A DNA stretch of 32,000 bases from Desulfoscipio sp. XC116 (GCF_039851975.1 NZ_CP156660.1:1647035-1679034), one strand, 5' to 3'. Numbered from the stretch's first letter, positions 16,748-26,293 are shown. The notes: generated from the letters alone by a model not told the origin. Translations and numbers: made by a program.

Positions 16748-18943
16748 TTACATCAACGGATCCATAGTCAGTGCGGGGTGCCCTTTCTCTTCCAGGAAGG
16801 ACATAATTTCCTCGCCGCTGGTACCTACGGTTTCGTCGGCAATCTTATCCACAAAGTCTTTGCCCAAACTGGCGTTTTCCGCCGCTTCTTCCAGGGCGGG
16901 CCGCAGCTCTTCCTTCAGTGCCTTGGGTATCCACACCAGCCTGCCCAAGCCGCCGTCGGCGGGCACAAACTTGGGTGAGCCCAGGTATGATTTGCCGATG
17001 CCCATGAAGCCGGGCATCTGAGCGCCGCCGCCGATGGTGCCGGCCAGCGTGGAGAAGGTCATACCGGACGGGGTCATGCCGCCGTGCTCCCGGTTTACGA
17101 CCATAAAGCCGTTGCATTCGGGCACCATGGCCAGGATGCACTCAAAGCAGCCGCAGGAGGTCATCGGGTATTCCATAATGGTATAGAAGTTAACGGCCTC
17201 AACAGTGCGCTGAGAGTTAACAAATGTGAATTCGTTAAAGGACTTCCACTGGCCCTTGACTTCGTCTATTACGCCTTCCTTGGGAACGGGCTGATTGGCG
17301 CCGTGCGGGTTAATTTCATAAGCCGCTTTGGCATCCAGCCAGCTCACCGCGCCGCACAGACCGACTCGCTCGGGGGCGATCACGCACACGTGGGTGGGCG
17401 CAAAGCTCTGGCACAGGGTGCAGGAGTAAAAGGTGTCCACTTTCTCGTCCCGCAGTTCTTTAAGGCGGTCGTCACGCTTCTTGTAATATTCGCGGGCCAA
17501 TTCGCGCATTTCCAGCACTTTTTGCTCGTCACTGTAAATGGTAACCGCAATGCGGTCCACGATAGCGGAGAATTCGGATTTAAACTTGGCGTACAGTATT
17601 TCGCCGATATGCTTTAAGCGGAAGCCCTTGGCATAGGCTTCTTTACTGATCCGAATCCAGTTGATATCCCGCTGGGCCGTGTGCCACAAACCTTCGCCGT
17701 AGTTGGAGAAGTAGTGGATGCGGCGCTCCAGCACGGGTTCAAAGTCTTCTTCCATCTTGCGGCCGTATACGTCCACGACGATACCGATGGGCATCCGGCT
17801 GCCTTCGGGTACGGTGTCGACGTCCGGGCCGACAAGCTCGATTTTACCGTCTTCAATGGTGTCGTCACCCATGCGCACCAGCTCGAAGCCGGGGGTCTTG
17901 GTGCCGCCGAATTCAACGTACATATCCTTCTTGCGGATGGACTCGCCTTCAAAGGCGGGACCCACGGTAATGGGCACGTCGATATCCACGGAGGTAATTT
18001 TAATGCCCCGTACTTCCAGACAGGTTTGTACGATCTTCTCATAGTCGGGCTCGCTGACGAACCAGTCTTTAATTTGCTTGTCCTCGGGCAGCTCCTGGTC
18101 GGTGATGACCGGGAAGCCCACGTTGATGGCGCCCATGGCGGCGGCGGTCTTGACCATGTCATGTTCGCCCAGGTACAGGATGAAGGCCAGCACGCGGCGG
18201 CGCTGGTAATCGCGCTGAGCGTTGTAGTTGCCCGGCTTAATACCGCCGAACATCATACCGGCACGCAGTGCGTAGTTGGCGGCGTGAACAACTTGAGTGA
18301 AATTGCCCAGCGGGTAGGCGATGTAATCCACACCCAGCTTGACGCCTTCTTCAAGTAATTGCTCAATTATTTCGTCACACAAGAACAGCATCATGCCTTT
18401 GGCCATCAGACTGTCCACAATTTTCTTGGCCGACTTGCTGTCCTTGGCGCGACCCAGGATTACAGCTTCACCGGGGATGGTCCAGTCCACCATTTTGGTG
18501 CCGTACTGGCGTACCACGGGATCCCCGACGAACCCGGTCCAGGGAGCTACGTGCAGCGGATTTTCGGGAGTGTTTTTAATATACCTGACAGCCTCGATAA
18601 TATCGGCGGCGTACCAGGTAGCTTCGCCCCACTTGCGGGCGTTGGCAAAAGTTTTTTCTTCTTTAACGGCGGCCCGCATACGGTTGAGCACCGGTACACA
18701 GTCGCCCAGAGTTTTGATTTCTTCACCGCTTAAGCAGCGGATGACCGGCAGAAAGTAAGCAGTATCAGGATAAGCTACGGGTTGATCCTTGCCGTAGGTG
18801 CGGATAGCCTGATTGAGCAGTATCTCCGCGTAGCTGAGGGCGGTAATAGTGCCCTCGTAGGCTTCCTTGAACAGCTTTTTGGGCTCCTTGCCCGCTTCGA
18901 TGGCGCCTTCGAAAATTTGATCAAAGTTAATAGCTTCGCTCAC
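16748..18943 (-). CDS. acsB: Acetyl-CoA synthase subunit of CODH/ACS
   Basis: 731-aa ORF; CTLCQSFAPTHVCVIAPERVGLCGAVSW, SCGCFECI, and C-terminal AcsB sequence. Confidence 0.96.
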   Translation of the reverse strand: MSEAINFDQIFEGAIEAGKEPKKLFKEAYEGTITALSYAEILLNQAIRTYGKDQPVAYPDTAYFLPVIRCLSGEEIKTLGDCVPVLNRMRAAVKEEKTFANARKWGEATWYAADIIEAVRYIKNTPENPLHVAPWTGFVGDPVVRQYGTKMVDWTIPGEAVILGRAKDSKSAKKIVDSLMAKGMMLFLCDEIIEQLLEEGVKLGVDYIAYPLGNFTQVVHAANYALRAGMMFGGIKPGNYNAQRDYQRRRVLAFILYLGEHDMVKTAAAMGAINVGFPVITDQELPEDKQIKDWFVSEPDYEKIVQTCLEVRGIKITSVDIDVPITVGPAFEGESIRKKDMYVEFGGTKTPGFELVRMGDDTIEDGKIELVGPDVDTVPEGSRMPIGIVVDVYGRKMEEDFEPVLERRIHYFSNYGEGLWHTAQRDINWIRISKEAYAKGFRLKHIGEILYAKFKSEFSAIVDRIAVTIYSDEQKVLEMRELAREYYKKRDDRLKELRDEKVDTFYSCTLCQSFAPTHVCVIAPERVGLCGAVSWLDAKAAYEINPHGANQPVPKEGVIDEVKGQWKSFNEFTFVNSQRTVEAVNFYTIMEYPMTSCGCFECILAMVPECNGFMVVNREHGGMTPSGMTFSTLAGTIGGGAQMPGFMGIGKSYLGSPKFVPADGGLGRLVWIPKALKEELRPALEEAAENASLGKDFVDKIADETVGTSGEEIMSFLEEKGHPALTMDPLM

Positions 18944-18970
18944 TTCTAATTCCCTCCCTTTCGTGGTATT

Positions 18971-20992
18971 TTACCAGTTTTGGCACAGGCTGGTATCCAA
19001 ATCCTCAGCCACCCGGCGGTGTACGCCCAATTTCCAAGCTCTGTATTCCAGAGCGTTAAGCAGTTTTTGAATAGATGTTTCGATATCGGGCTCGAGAATG
19101 AAATAACCGCCAAACACGTCGCCGGCTATTTGGGTAAGGATGCTGTAAATAAGATCGCAGCCTTCCACCGGCGGCATGGTACCCACATGGGTGGGTAGTC
19201 CAATGGTTACAGCCCAGGTGCCGATACTGGTAGCTTTACCACTCATGGCTTCAGGAGCAGAAGCTACAAAAGGCACCTTCGGGGTGTCTACGCCTAAATC
19301 TCCCGCCATTAACATCAACAGCTCAGCTGCCCGGGAGTTGTCCACACAAGATCCAATGTGGAATATCGGCGGCAGGCCATACTTCAGGTTGGCGTTGGCA
19401 CTGATGCGCTTATAGAAACTCTTGAGTCCATCGCCGCAATATTCATCCACCTTGCCGGGATCCATCAGTCCGGCCTTGGCACAAGCCTGGGCATGGCAAC
19501 CGGTTGAAATAACAAATACGTCATTTTGCAGCATGCCTTTGGCGATTTCGATGTGCGCCTGATCCTGGAAGGTTTTCAGGTTGGAGCAGCCTACCATAAA
19601 GGCTACGCCTTTTACCTCGCCGTTCATTATGGCATCATTTAAAACTCTGATGGGATTATCGGGATTAACGGACTTAAATACTTCCAAAATAGCTTCCAGA
19701 CTCCAACCGGCCACAACCTTATTCTTCACATTGGGGATGTGCACCGGACGATTGCCGCGCTCTTTGAAGGCCTCAATGCCGTAATGGATTACTTCTTTGG
19801 CGTTTTCCATCGCCGTGGCTTCCTGATAGTCGATGTGCATAGTGCCAGGGTTCTTAACGAGATCTGAAGTTGTGATCAGTTTGGTGCCGAAGCATTGGGC
19901 TACGGTGTTCAAACCCGGCATAATGCACTGTACGTCAACTACCATGCAGTCCACGGCGCCGGTGCAAATGGCCAGTTCCTGGGATGAGAAAGAAGTAACC
20001 AGGGGTATCCCTTGGCGCATAAGCACTTCGTTACCGGTGCAGCAGATGCCGGAGAGCTGAATACCCGCGGCGCCCGCAGCCTTGGCTTCATCTTCCAATT
20101 CCCTGGCCGCAGCAACGATCATTTCACTGAGCAGCGGGTTATGACCGTGTAGAACAATATTGACTTTAGAAGGCTCCAGCACGCCCATATTGGCCTCGCT
20201 CATCACAGGTTGGGGTGTGCCAAAAATAATATCCGAAATGTCGGTGGCAATCCACTTGCCGGCCAGGTCGGCCAAACCTACCCGTACCGCACTGAATACC
20301 AGGTTTACGGGGTCATTGTCCATACCTACATGGGCTTGAGTGACCAAATCGGAAATAGTGGCATGAACCCCGTGGGGCATTACATTGCGTTCCCGATAGT
20401 TCGCATTTCTTTCTTTGGTAACCATATTGGCAATCCAGGTGGCTTCGCCTTCGCCTTTAAGCCGTTTGAAGTCTTCCAGCGCTTTTTCAGCCAGTTCTTT
20501 GGCCAAGGTGTTATTATCTTTACCTTCTGTTTCAATGTCTACCTTGCGGCAGATTCTAAGCAGCTTTTCCGGGTCTTTAATAGAATAATCCGGCGCGTGG
20601 CCTTCGGCGATCATATGCAGTACGTGAGCAATGTGATTACCGTGCTGAGCGTGGGACGCGCAGCCTGTGAGGATCATCAGGCCAACGCTGCGAGCTACGA
20701 TGGTCCAGGCATTGGCGCCACAGATACCTCTGCTGGCAGGGCCTTCATCTGCTTTAATACGGCAGGGACCCATCATGCAGAAACGGCAGCAAATACCTTT
20801 ATAGCCGAATTGACATTGCGGCTGTTGGGCCAGTACCCGGTCAAAAGCTGTAATTATCCCTTTTTCTTTGGCCACATCGATCATCTCAAGAGCCGCAGGG
20901 TCAACAGTGCGCTTGACGTTTTTAGGTTCAATAACCCGTGGCGACTTGTTCGAAGGCCGACTGGTCAGGCTTATATCTCTAAACCTTGGCAT
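18971..20992 (-). CDS. acsA: Anaerobic Ni-Fe carbon monoxide dehydrogenase catalytic subunit
   Basis: 673-aa ORF; CCRFCMMGPCRI, GCASHAQHGNH, GICCTGNEVL, GCSNLKTFQDQAH, STGCHAQACAKAG, HIGSCVDNSRA. Confidence 0.96.
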   Translation of the reverse strand: MPRFRDISLTSRPSNKSPRVIEPKNVKRTVDPAALEMIDVAKEKGIITAFDRVLAQQPQCQFGYKGICCRFCMMGPCRIKADEGPASRGICGANAWTIVARSVGLMILTGCASHAQHGNHIAHVLHMIAEGHAPDYSIKDPEKLLRICRKVDIETEGKDNNTLAKELAEKALEDFKRLKGEGEATWIANMVTKERNANYRERNVMPHGVHATISDLVTQAHVGMDNDPVNLVFSAVRVGLADLAGKWIATDISDIIFGTPQPVMSEANMGVLEPSKVNIVLHGHNPLLSEMIVAAARELEDEAKAAGAAGIQLSGICCTGNEVLMRQGIPLVTSFSSQELAICTGAVDCMVVDVQCIMPGLNTVAQCFGTKLITTSDLVKNPGTMHIDYQEATAMENAKEVIHYGIEAFKERGNRPVHIPNVKNKVVAGWSLEAILEVFKSVNPDNPIRVLNDAIMNGEVKGVAFMVGCSNLKTFQDQAHIEIAKGMLQNDVFVISTGCHAQACAKAGLMDPGKVDEYCGDGLKSFYKRISANANLKYGLPPIFHIGSCVDNSRAAELLMLMAGDLGVDTPKVPFVASAPEAMSGKATSIGTWAVTIGLPTHVGTMPPVEGCDLIYSILTQIAGDVFGGYFILEPDIETSIQKLLNALEYRAWKLGVHRRVAEDLDTSLCQNW

Positions 20993-21107
20993 TACTTTAA
21001 CCTCCTTAAGAAAGATAGTTGATTAACTTACATGGTTCAGCCGAAGAAACTCCCCCCATAACTTCAGACCGCCCCAATAGCTGATAATTATATATGGCTT
21101 TTCCTTG

Positions 21108-21884
21108 TTATCGATCACCTGCCTCCTCCGAAATTTTAAGGCAAATCTGCTGCATCTCCGCCAGTAATTCTCCCCCAAATTCCGTGGCTTGAGAAGGTTC
21201 CATAGCATTTGCCCAAATAGATTCGGAAAATTTTATAAACCCCAGGATTATATTGCCCGGGAAAATTGATTCAATAAAATTTTTTTCTTTTTCTGTGTGA
21301 ATTTTATTGGCGATAATACCTACTTTTTTAATACCCAGGTCGCTTGCCATTCTCTGTACGTTTTTAGCTGTATTGACGCTGTTGCGGCTGGGTTCAACCA
21401 CTACCAGCATCATATCCACTCCCCGGGCCGTGCCCCTGCTCAAATGTTCAATACCGGCGCCCATATCCATAATAACGGTATCTTTTTTGTCCAGCAGCAG
21501 CGATGTTACCAGGGCATTTAAAAATGTATTCTCTCTGCAGTAACAATCCGAACCGCCCTTTTTAGGATCGCCCATGCGAAAAAAGCGGATGTTATTAAAT
21601 TTATAGCTGTAATCATCTAAAAAATCATCTAATTTGGGGTTAAGTACGTAAATCGCACCGTCGCCAATTTTATTGCGAATGGCATCACGCATTTCCACAA
21701 CCGGCTTAAGCTTAACAGCCTCTTCCTCGGGTATGCCGATAGCCGCGGCCAGACAGGCATCCGGGTCGGCATCAATGGCGTAAACGGTGCCCTTGTTTTG
21801 GGCAAATATTTTAGCCAGTGCTGAGGCAATCGTTGTCTTGCCAACGCCGCCTTTACCTGATATAGCTAGTTTCATTACTACCAC
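21108..21884 (-). CDS. cooC: CODH/ACS nickel-insertion ATPase, CooC/AcsF family
   Basis: 258-aa ORF; LAISGKGGVGKTTIASALAKIFA, DADPDACLAAAIG, CYCRENTFLNALV, MDMGAGIEHLSRGT. Confidence 0.92.
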   Translation of the reverse strand: MVVMKLAISGKGGVGKTTIASALAKIFAQNKGTVYAIDADPDACLAAAIGIPEEEAVKLKPVVEMRDAIRNKIGDGAIYVLNPKLDDFLDDYSYKFNNIRFFRMGDPKKGGSDCYCRENTFLNALVTSLLLDKKDTVIMDMGAGIEHLSRGTARGVDMMLVVVEPSRNSVNTAKNVQRMASDLGIKKVGIIANKIHTEKEKNFIESIFPGNIILGFIKFSESIWANAMEPSQATEFGGELLAEMQQICLKISEEAGDR

Positions 21885-22148
21885 CCCTGCTCTGTTTTAG
21901 TTAAATATTGGATGCGCGCGTTAGTGACTAAAAATTCAGTTATCAACTAAAAATGATTCAACAACAAATAAGCGATCTCCTGCAATAGTTGGACAAATAA
22001 ATTTATTGCTGTTGCCGGTATTGTGCCGGGTATTTATAATTATTTTAATTTTTTTAAAAACTTGAATTATAATTTCGACATATATTCTGAAAAATCCTGC
22101 TCGCCGGTGATAAAAAATGAACGTATGGCAATATAGCATACCCTGTGT

Positions 22149-23246
22149 TTAGGGGAACATAAGAAACTTTTTGCGCAGCCATCTGTATTGAAAAATATAG
22201 CCAATTATTAATATAATAAGAATAAAAGTTCCCAAAAACTTCAATATTTTTATTTGCCTGCTCAGCTTTTGTACAGTGTTGTCTTTTTCTGAAATAATTC
22301 TGTGTATGTTTTCTCTTTCCTTCTTTATATCTTCTTTTTGTATCTTAACTGATCGCTGTTCTTTTTGAAGTATGCTGATTTGTTGATTATAATGACGGCA
22401 TTCCTTTTGCAAATCAATGATTCTACGGTTTAAATTATTAATTGACTGACTTGATGTTAGCGGCAGGCTTTCGTAAAGAATATTGCCGGGCATTTGGGTT
22501 GGCGGTGTGATGCCATATATACTGCATATGGTTGGTGCAATATCCATTTGGCGGCAATGGTGAAAGCTTTTGGGCTGATTTGTGCTAATATTAAATACAA
22601 TTAACGGAGGCTCTTCGCCGCCGCCGGTAATTATAATAGTTGAATAAGCCAGTTTATCCAGTTGAATAAGATGGTTTAATATTCTGCCTATCTGGTTGTC
22701 GGCCAGTGACCACTGTTGAAATGCAGCGGAGTTATTTAATTTACCCGGGGCGCTGATGTCGTCCAGGTAAATGGCTGTAAATTGATAAAGAGACTTGTTT
22801 GTTTTATTCAAAAACTTGTCCACGGCCAGTCGATCATTTTTCTCTATGATTAATTCCAAACGGTTTTCCCGGGCCGGCGAAGCAGTTATAGTCCCCGTGC
22901 CGTCTACGGCAAGGCAATCAATACTGTTGTCGCTAAGGGTTTGGGGTAATAGGAACCGGTTGTTTGCCGGTCCCAAAACGCTTGCGCTTGTGACCTGTTC
23001 TTGTGATGACACTGTTTTAGACAAATGTTGGTAGCTAATTCCTTCACTTTTTAGCTTTTTCATATTAGGCAGTCCGGGACCGTCTATGTCTGCGTTATTT
23101 AAACCCTGTATAAAAAATAAAAGAGTGTATTTTTTGGGGTTGTCCGCATCATTGTCACCGGCTGTTGCTGTTAACGGCTGAAACACACTTCCTGAAACAA
23201 GGGCTGAGGTAAATATCAACATGGCCCATAAAATATTTTTAAGCAT
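22149..23246 (-). CDS. Membrane-anchored alkaline-phosphatase-superfamily-like protein, probably degenerate or inactive
   Basis: 365-aa ORF: N-terminal signal sequence, GPGLPNMKKLKSEGISYQHLSK.. and CRQMDIAPTICSIYGITPPTQMPGNILYE typical of the fold, C-terminal coiled coil then TM helix (FLGTFILIILIIGYIFQYRWLRKK). Confidence 0.6.
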   Translation of the reverse strand: MLKNILWAMLIFTSALVSGSVFQPLTATAGDNDADNPKKYTLLFFIQGLNNADIDGPGLPNMKKLKSEGISYQHLSKTVSSQEQVTSASVLGPANNRFLLPQTLSDNSIDCLAVDGTGTITASPARENRLELIIEKNDRLAVDKFLNKTNKSLYQFTAIYLDDISAPGKLNNSAAFQQWSLADNQIGRILNHLIQLDKLAYSTIIITGGGEEPPLIVFNISTNQPKSFHHCRQMDIAPTICSIYGITPPTQMPGNILYESLPLTSSQSINNLNRRIIDLQKECRHYNQQISILQKEQRSVKIQKEDIKKERENIHRIISEKDNTVQKLSRQIKILKFLGTFILIILIIGYIFQYRWLRKKFLMFP

Positions 23247-23483
23247 AAAAAAACCCCCTTACTTATTTGCACAATATACTTATAGTAAGAGGTGTCTATT
23301 ATTTATGACTCCGATCTTTCGTTATGTTTCGAGATTATAATTGCCTGTACAGATAATGTTGCTTTTTTAAGTTATAATGTGACACAATCTGTGTATTTTC
23401 CTTGGGTGGCACGCATATGAATAGTAACTTGGGTTACTGGTTATAATGTTAATACTCCGCTTTGGTGAGTTCTATCTCTCCCC

Positions 23484-23510
23484 GTCCGGCTTAAATGCCG
23501 GACTTTTTTT
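23484..23510 (+). terminator. Hairpin with plus-strand T-run
   Basis: GTCCGGC-TTAAAT-GCCGGAC followed by TTTTTTT on the plus strand. Confidence 0.55.
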
Positions 23511-23575
23511 GATATCGAACACAAGAGTTTGAGGTTTTGAAATAATAAAAATATTGATGCTTCCTCATAAAAAAA

Positions 23576-23593
23576 ACCCGGCACCAACCGGGG
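23576..23593 (-). terminator. Terminator downstream of tRNA-Leu
   Basis: Minus strand CCCGG-TTGGTG-CCGGG followed by TTTTTTT. Confidence 0.75.
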
Positions 23594-23599
23594 TCTTTC

Positions 23600-23686
23600 T
23601 GGTGCGGCAGAGAGGACTTGAACCTCCACACCCTGACGGGCATAAGAACCTGAATCTTACGCGTCTGCCAATTCCGCCACTGCCGC
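23600..23686 (-). tRNA. tRNA-Leu (CAG), CCA encoded
   Basis: Acceptor GCGGCAG/CTGCCGC, anticodon stem TAAGA/TCTTA with loop TTCAGGT, long variable arm, T-loop TTCAAGT, terminal ACCA. Confidence 0.95.
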
Positions 23687-23835
23687 ATATAACCCTTATT
23701 CTGCAACGGTTAAAATTCTGATCATCCGCGCAGAAATAATATTAACACAGTTAATGTAGCATGTCAACAAGGCAAATATATCTTTTCCCCCAATTGAAAA
23801 GCTGCTTTCGACCAGAGCCGAAAGCAGCTTTTCAA

Positions 23836-24048
23836 CTAGGCTGCATTTGAAATTTTGGAAATTGCTCCACTGGGACACGCCCGGAAGCATTTTCCGCAAC
23901 GGGTGCAATTGTCAAGGTTAATGGCGTAGTTTACGGTATCATCAATGTAAATGCCGTTAAACTTGCATTCCACTTCACAGGCCGCACAGGCCATGCACTT
24001 AGTGGCATCTAAAACATAATTAAACTTAAACTTCTTCTTTTCAGCCAA
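23836..24048 (-). CDS. Small two-[4Fe-4S] ferredoxin-like protein
   Basis: CMACAACEVEC..CTRCGKCFRACP. TTG start at 24046-24048 has an upstream AGGGGG ribosome binding site; the ORF-track Met at 24078 is less likely. Confidence 0.85.
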   Translation of the reverse strand: MAEKKKFKFNYVLDATKCMACAACEVECKFNGIYIDDTVNYAINLDNCTRCGKCFRACPSGAISKISNAA

Positions 24049-24221
24049 CTTTACATCCCCCTTCCCTTGTCTTAACATAATAAATTGATTATCAGAAAAG
24101 TTCTACACTATAAAAATGAAATCCTGCTATATTTAATACATAATATCAAAAAAAATATTTATGCTATGAAGTAGTAAGTAAAAGGTAAATTGATAACTAT
24201 AAGTTTCGGAGGTGTTAACTA

Positions 24222-24415
24222 ATGGCGAAAAGGATTGCAGGATTGTTGGCTAAAAATACAACAGGCTATCGCCCGGTATGGGATATGGGCAGGGCGGCTG
24301 ATATGAAAAAAAAGCAAAAATTAAGAGGTGTAAACCGGCCCAGTACATAAATGCCGGTGATATTGTGCTGGATGTATCTGATGGGTACTTCGCGAAAAAA
24401 AGTAAAAATGCTTAA
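24222..24415 (+). other. Small ORF with possible -1 frameshift at A8 run (42 aa unshifted, about 64 aa shifted)
   Basis: GGAGG ribosome binding site then ATG; MAKRIAGLLAKNTTGYRPVWDMGRAADMKKK..; A_AAA_AAG at the start of an open -1 frame AKIKRCKPAQYINAGDIVLDVSDGYFAKKSKNA*. Confidence 0.35.
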
Positions 24416-24493
24416 GAGTTTATTTAAAATGCCTATTGATAAAAATTAGTATAAAAACACTCAAGGAACAGGTTTCTGCTCCTGCTCCTTCTC

Positions 24494-24568
24494 TGGCTGG
24501 GGCGGCTGGATTTGAACCAACGAGTGACGAGTTCAGAGCCCGTTGCCTTACCACTTGGCTACGCCCCA
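24494..24568 (-). tRNA. tRNA-Gln (CTG)
   Basis: Acceptor TGGGGCG/CGCCCCA, anticodon loop CTCTGAA, T-loop TTCAAAT, CCA encoded. Confidence 0.9.
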
Positions 24569-24571
24569 TTA

Positions 24572-24656
24572 TGGTGGAGGGGGCAGGATTCGAACCTGCG
24601 AAGGCGTCGCCGGCAGATTTACAGTCTGCTCCCTTTGGCCGCTCGGGAACCCCTCC
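24572..24656 (-). tRNA. tRNA-Tyr (GTA)
   Basis: Acceptor GGAGGGG/CCCCTCC, anticodon stem GCAGA/TCTGC with loop CTGTAAA, long variable arm, CCA encoded. Confidence 0.95.
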
Positions 24657-24663
24657 ATATATC

Positions 24664-24694
24664 GGGGACATTCCTCCGCGGGAGGAATGTCCCC
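24664..24694. repeat. Perfect 14-bp palindrome between tRNA-Glu and tRNA-Tyr
   Basis: GGGGACATTCCTCC-GCG-GGAGGAATGTCCCC. Shares the GGGGACAT arm tip with the palindrome at 16637. Confidence 0.9.
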
Positions 24695-24703
24695 TCTTTT
24701 TAC

Positions 24704-24779
24704 TGGTGACCCCACCGGGATTCGAACCCGGGTTACCGCCGTGAAAGGGCGGTGTCTTAGGCCTCTTGACCATGGGGCC
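24704..24779 (-). tRNA. tRNA-Glu (TTC)
   Basis: Acceptor GGCCCCA/TGGGGTC, anticodon stem CCGCC/GGCGG with loop CTTTCAC, CCA encoded. Confidence 0.95.
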
Positions 24780-24783
24780 TGCA

Positions 24784-24861
24784 TGGTCGGGATGGAGGGA
24801 TTTGAACCCCCGGCCTCTTGCTCCCAAGGCAAGCGCGCTAGCCAAACTGCGCTACATCCCG
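24784..24861 (-). tRNA. tRNA-Pro (TGG)
   Basis: Acceptor CGGGATG/CATCCCG, anticodon stem CTTGC/GCAAG with loop CTTGGGA, CCA encoded. Confidence 0.95.
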
Positions 24862-24942
24862 AAATACTGAACGCAAAGACTATTCTACTCTAAAAAGGGG
24901 TTAATGTCAATGTCTAGATGTCATTATCGCAGGGCAGTTTAT

Positions 24943-26256
24943 TTATGATCGGGATATTATTTTCTTCATAGCCAGGGAAAGCTGCTGTGCATTGCGGCAT
25001 TCCAACACCAGTGAGCAAAAAGGCGCATAGGTGTCCATAATGCAATCATTAATTGACCAACTGATTTGGGGCAAGGGGTTAAGCCAAACCGTTCTTCGGC
25101 ACCGGCCGGTAATGATGCTTAGGTATTCCGTTCCGTCCGGCTGCCAGTTGTTCCGGGCGTCACCCAGAATGATCAGTGTGGTTTGCGGTGTTAGAGTGTG
25201 TATATAATCATTTTTAAATTGCTCCCACACACGCCCGTAGTTGCTAAACCCGGTGCTTGATATCCGAGACCTTCGTAAAATTGTTCTGGCCACAACATTC
25301 CAAGCTCCCGAAGTGGTTACGGCCAAGTCCGTTATTTCAGCGATGTGATCAACAAAGGCAAATGACTTTAACTTGGAAAACTTGTGCTGCAGGCTGAGCA
25401 GCAGTTGTAAAAAAAAGACGCTGTACGGTGCCATTGAGCCGGATAGGTCGCATATGATGCTGATGCGGGGTCTACCGGGTACGCGCTGCGTTTTTTTTAG
25501 TGTCACCGGCATACCCCCTCGGGCGGCTGCTTGCCGCACAGTGCGGCGCATATCGATCATACCCGTGGGTGCGGGGGTCTTTCTGTAACCTTTATAGGCA
25601 GCTAGTTGTCGTCCCATGACGGTAATTATTTTATTTATTTCCGCTAATTGTTCGGAGTCGGCTTGGGCCAGATCCAGCTGCCGCAGGTTGCTTGGCCCGG
25701 GGGTGGTTGTGTCGTTTTGGGATGTTCCCTGCCGGTTAGGCATTGTCTGGCGCTGTGCTAATTTATACTGCCGGTTGGTCCGGTTGGTGTTATATCTAAC
25801 GCCGGCTTCGACGCCTATGATATCGCCCCCGGAGCTGCCGGATATACTTGCTTCGTTAATTCGCATTATCTCCTGGCGGATACTGTCCTTAATATTCTGT
25901 AAACGGTTAAAGAAAATCTTATGGTTTAAATGGGGCGGGCTGACCAGTGCCGCTCGGGCATCGACGGCCGGTGGAATAATCAGATGATTATCCGCCGCCA
26001 TATACTGCAGATAAGTATTGATGGCAGCAACCAAAGTATCTTGGACCTGTTTGTCTTTGGCCAGGGTACACAGGGCCGCAGTCAGAGCATCATCCTTGCG
26101 CAGTTCGATTATTTGCAAAGCGCGACAGAAATCAAGTATTTCTGCGGGTGAAATGCGCAGTCCGGCCTTACGTAAATAGTTAACTGTCTTAATTATGTCG
26201 GTGTGCATTTGATAATACCTTGACCTTTCCAATTTCCAAACGTCCAATTGACACAC
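24943..26256 (-). CDS. VWA-domain protein, CoxE-like
   Basis: 437-aa ORF; RPRISIICDLSGSMAPYSVFFLQLLLSL (MIDAS DxSxS), GFSNYGRVWEQF, TTLIILGDARNN, WLNPLP, typical of CoxE/VWA partners of MoxR ATPases. Confidence 0.85.
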   Translation of the reverse strand: MCQLDVWKLERSRYYQMHTDIIKTVNYLRKAGLRISPAEILDFCRALQIIELRKDDALTAALCTLAKDKQVQDTLVAAINTYLQYMAADNHLIIPPAVDARAALVSPPHLNHKIFFNRLQNIKDSIRQEIMRINEASISGSSGGDIIGVEAGVRYNTNRTNRQYKLAQRQTMPNRQGTSQNDTTTPGPSNLRQLDLAQADSEQLAEINKIITVMGRQLAAYKGYRKTPAPTGMIDMRRTVRQAAARGGMPVTLKKTQRVPGRPRISIICDLSGSMAPYSVFFLQLLLSLQHKFSKLKSFAFVDHIAEITDLAVTTSGAWNVVARTILRRSRISSTGFSNYGRVWEQFKNDYIHTLTPQTTLIILGDARNNWQPDGTEYLSIITGRCRRTVWLNPLPQISWSINDCIMDTYAPFCSLVLECRNAQQLSLAMKKIISRS

Positions 26257-26293
26257 TTATCAAGCTTGGTATGCCGCTGCTCTGACTGTATGC

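Noticed and set aside
21936-22139. 67-aa ORF between cooC and the 365-aa gene
   Set aside because: AT-rich intergenic translation with no recognisable motif or good ribosome binding site.
23441-23706. ORFs 23441..23629 and 23491..23706 (minus)
   Set aside because: They overlap tRNA-Leu; peptides of the type WRNWQTRKIQVL are the usual artefact of translating tRNA-Leu.
24420-24893. Several ORFs on both strands (24420..24845, 24436..24744, 24512..24709, 24543..24893, 24569..24832)
   Set aside because: They lie across four tightly packed tRNA genes and are spurious translations of tRNA sequence (for example GAAGFEPTSDEFRARCL, GMEGFEPPASCSQG).
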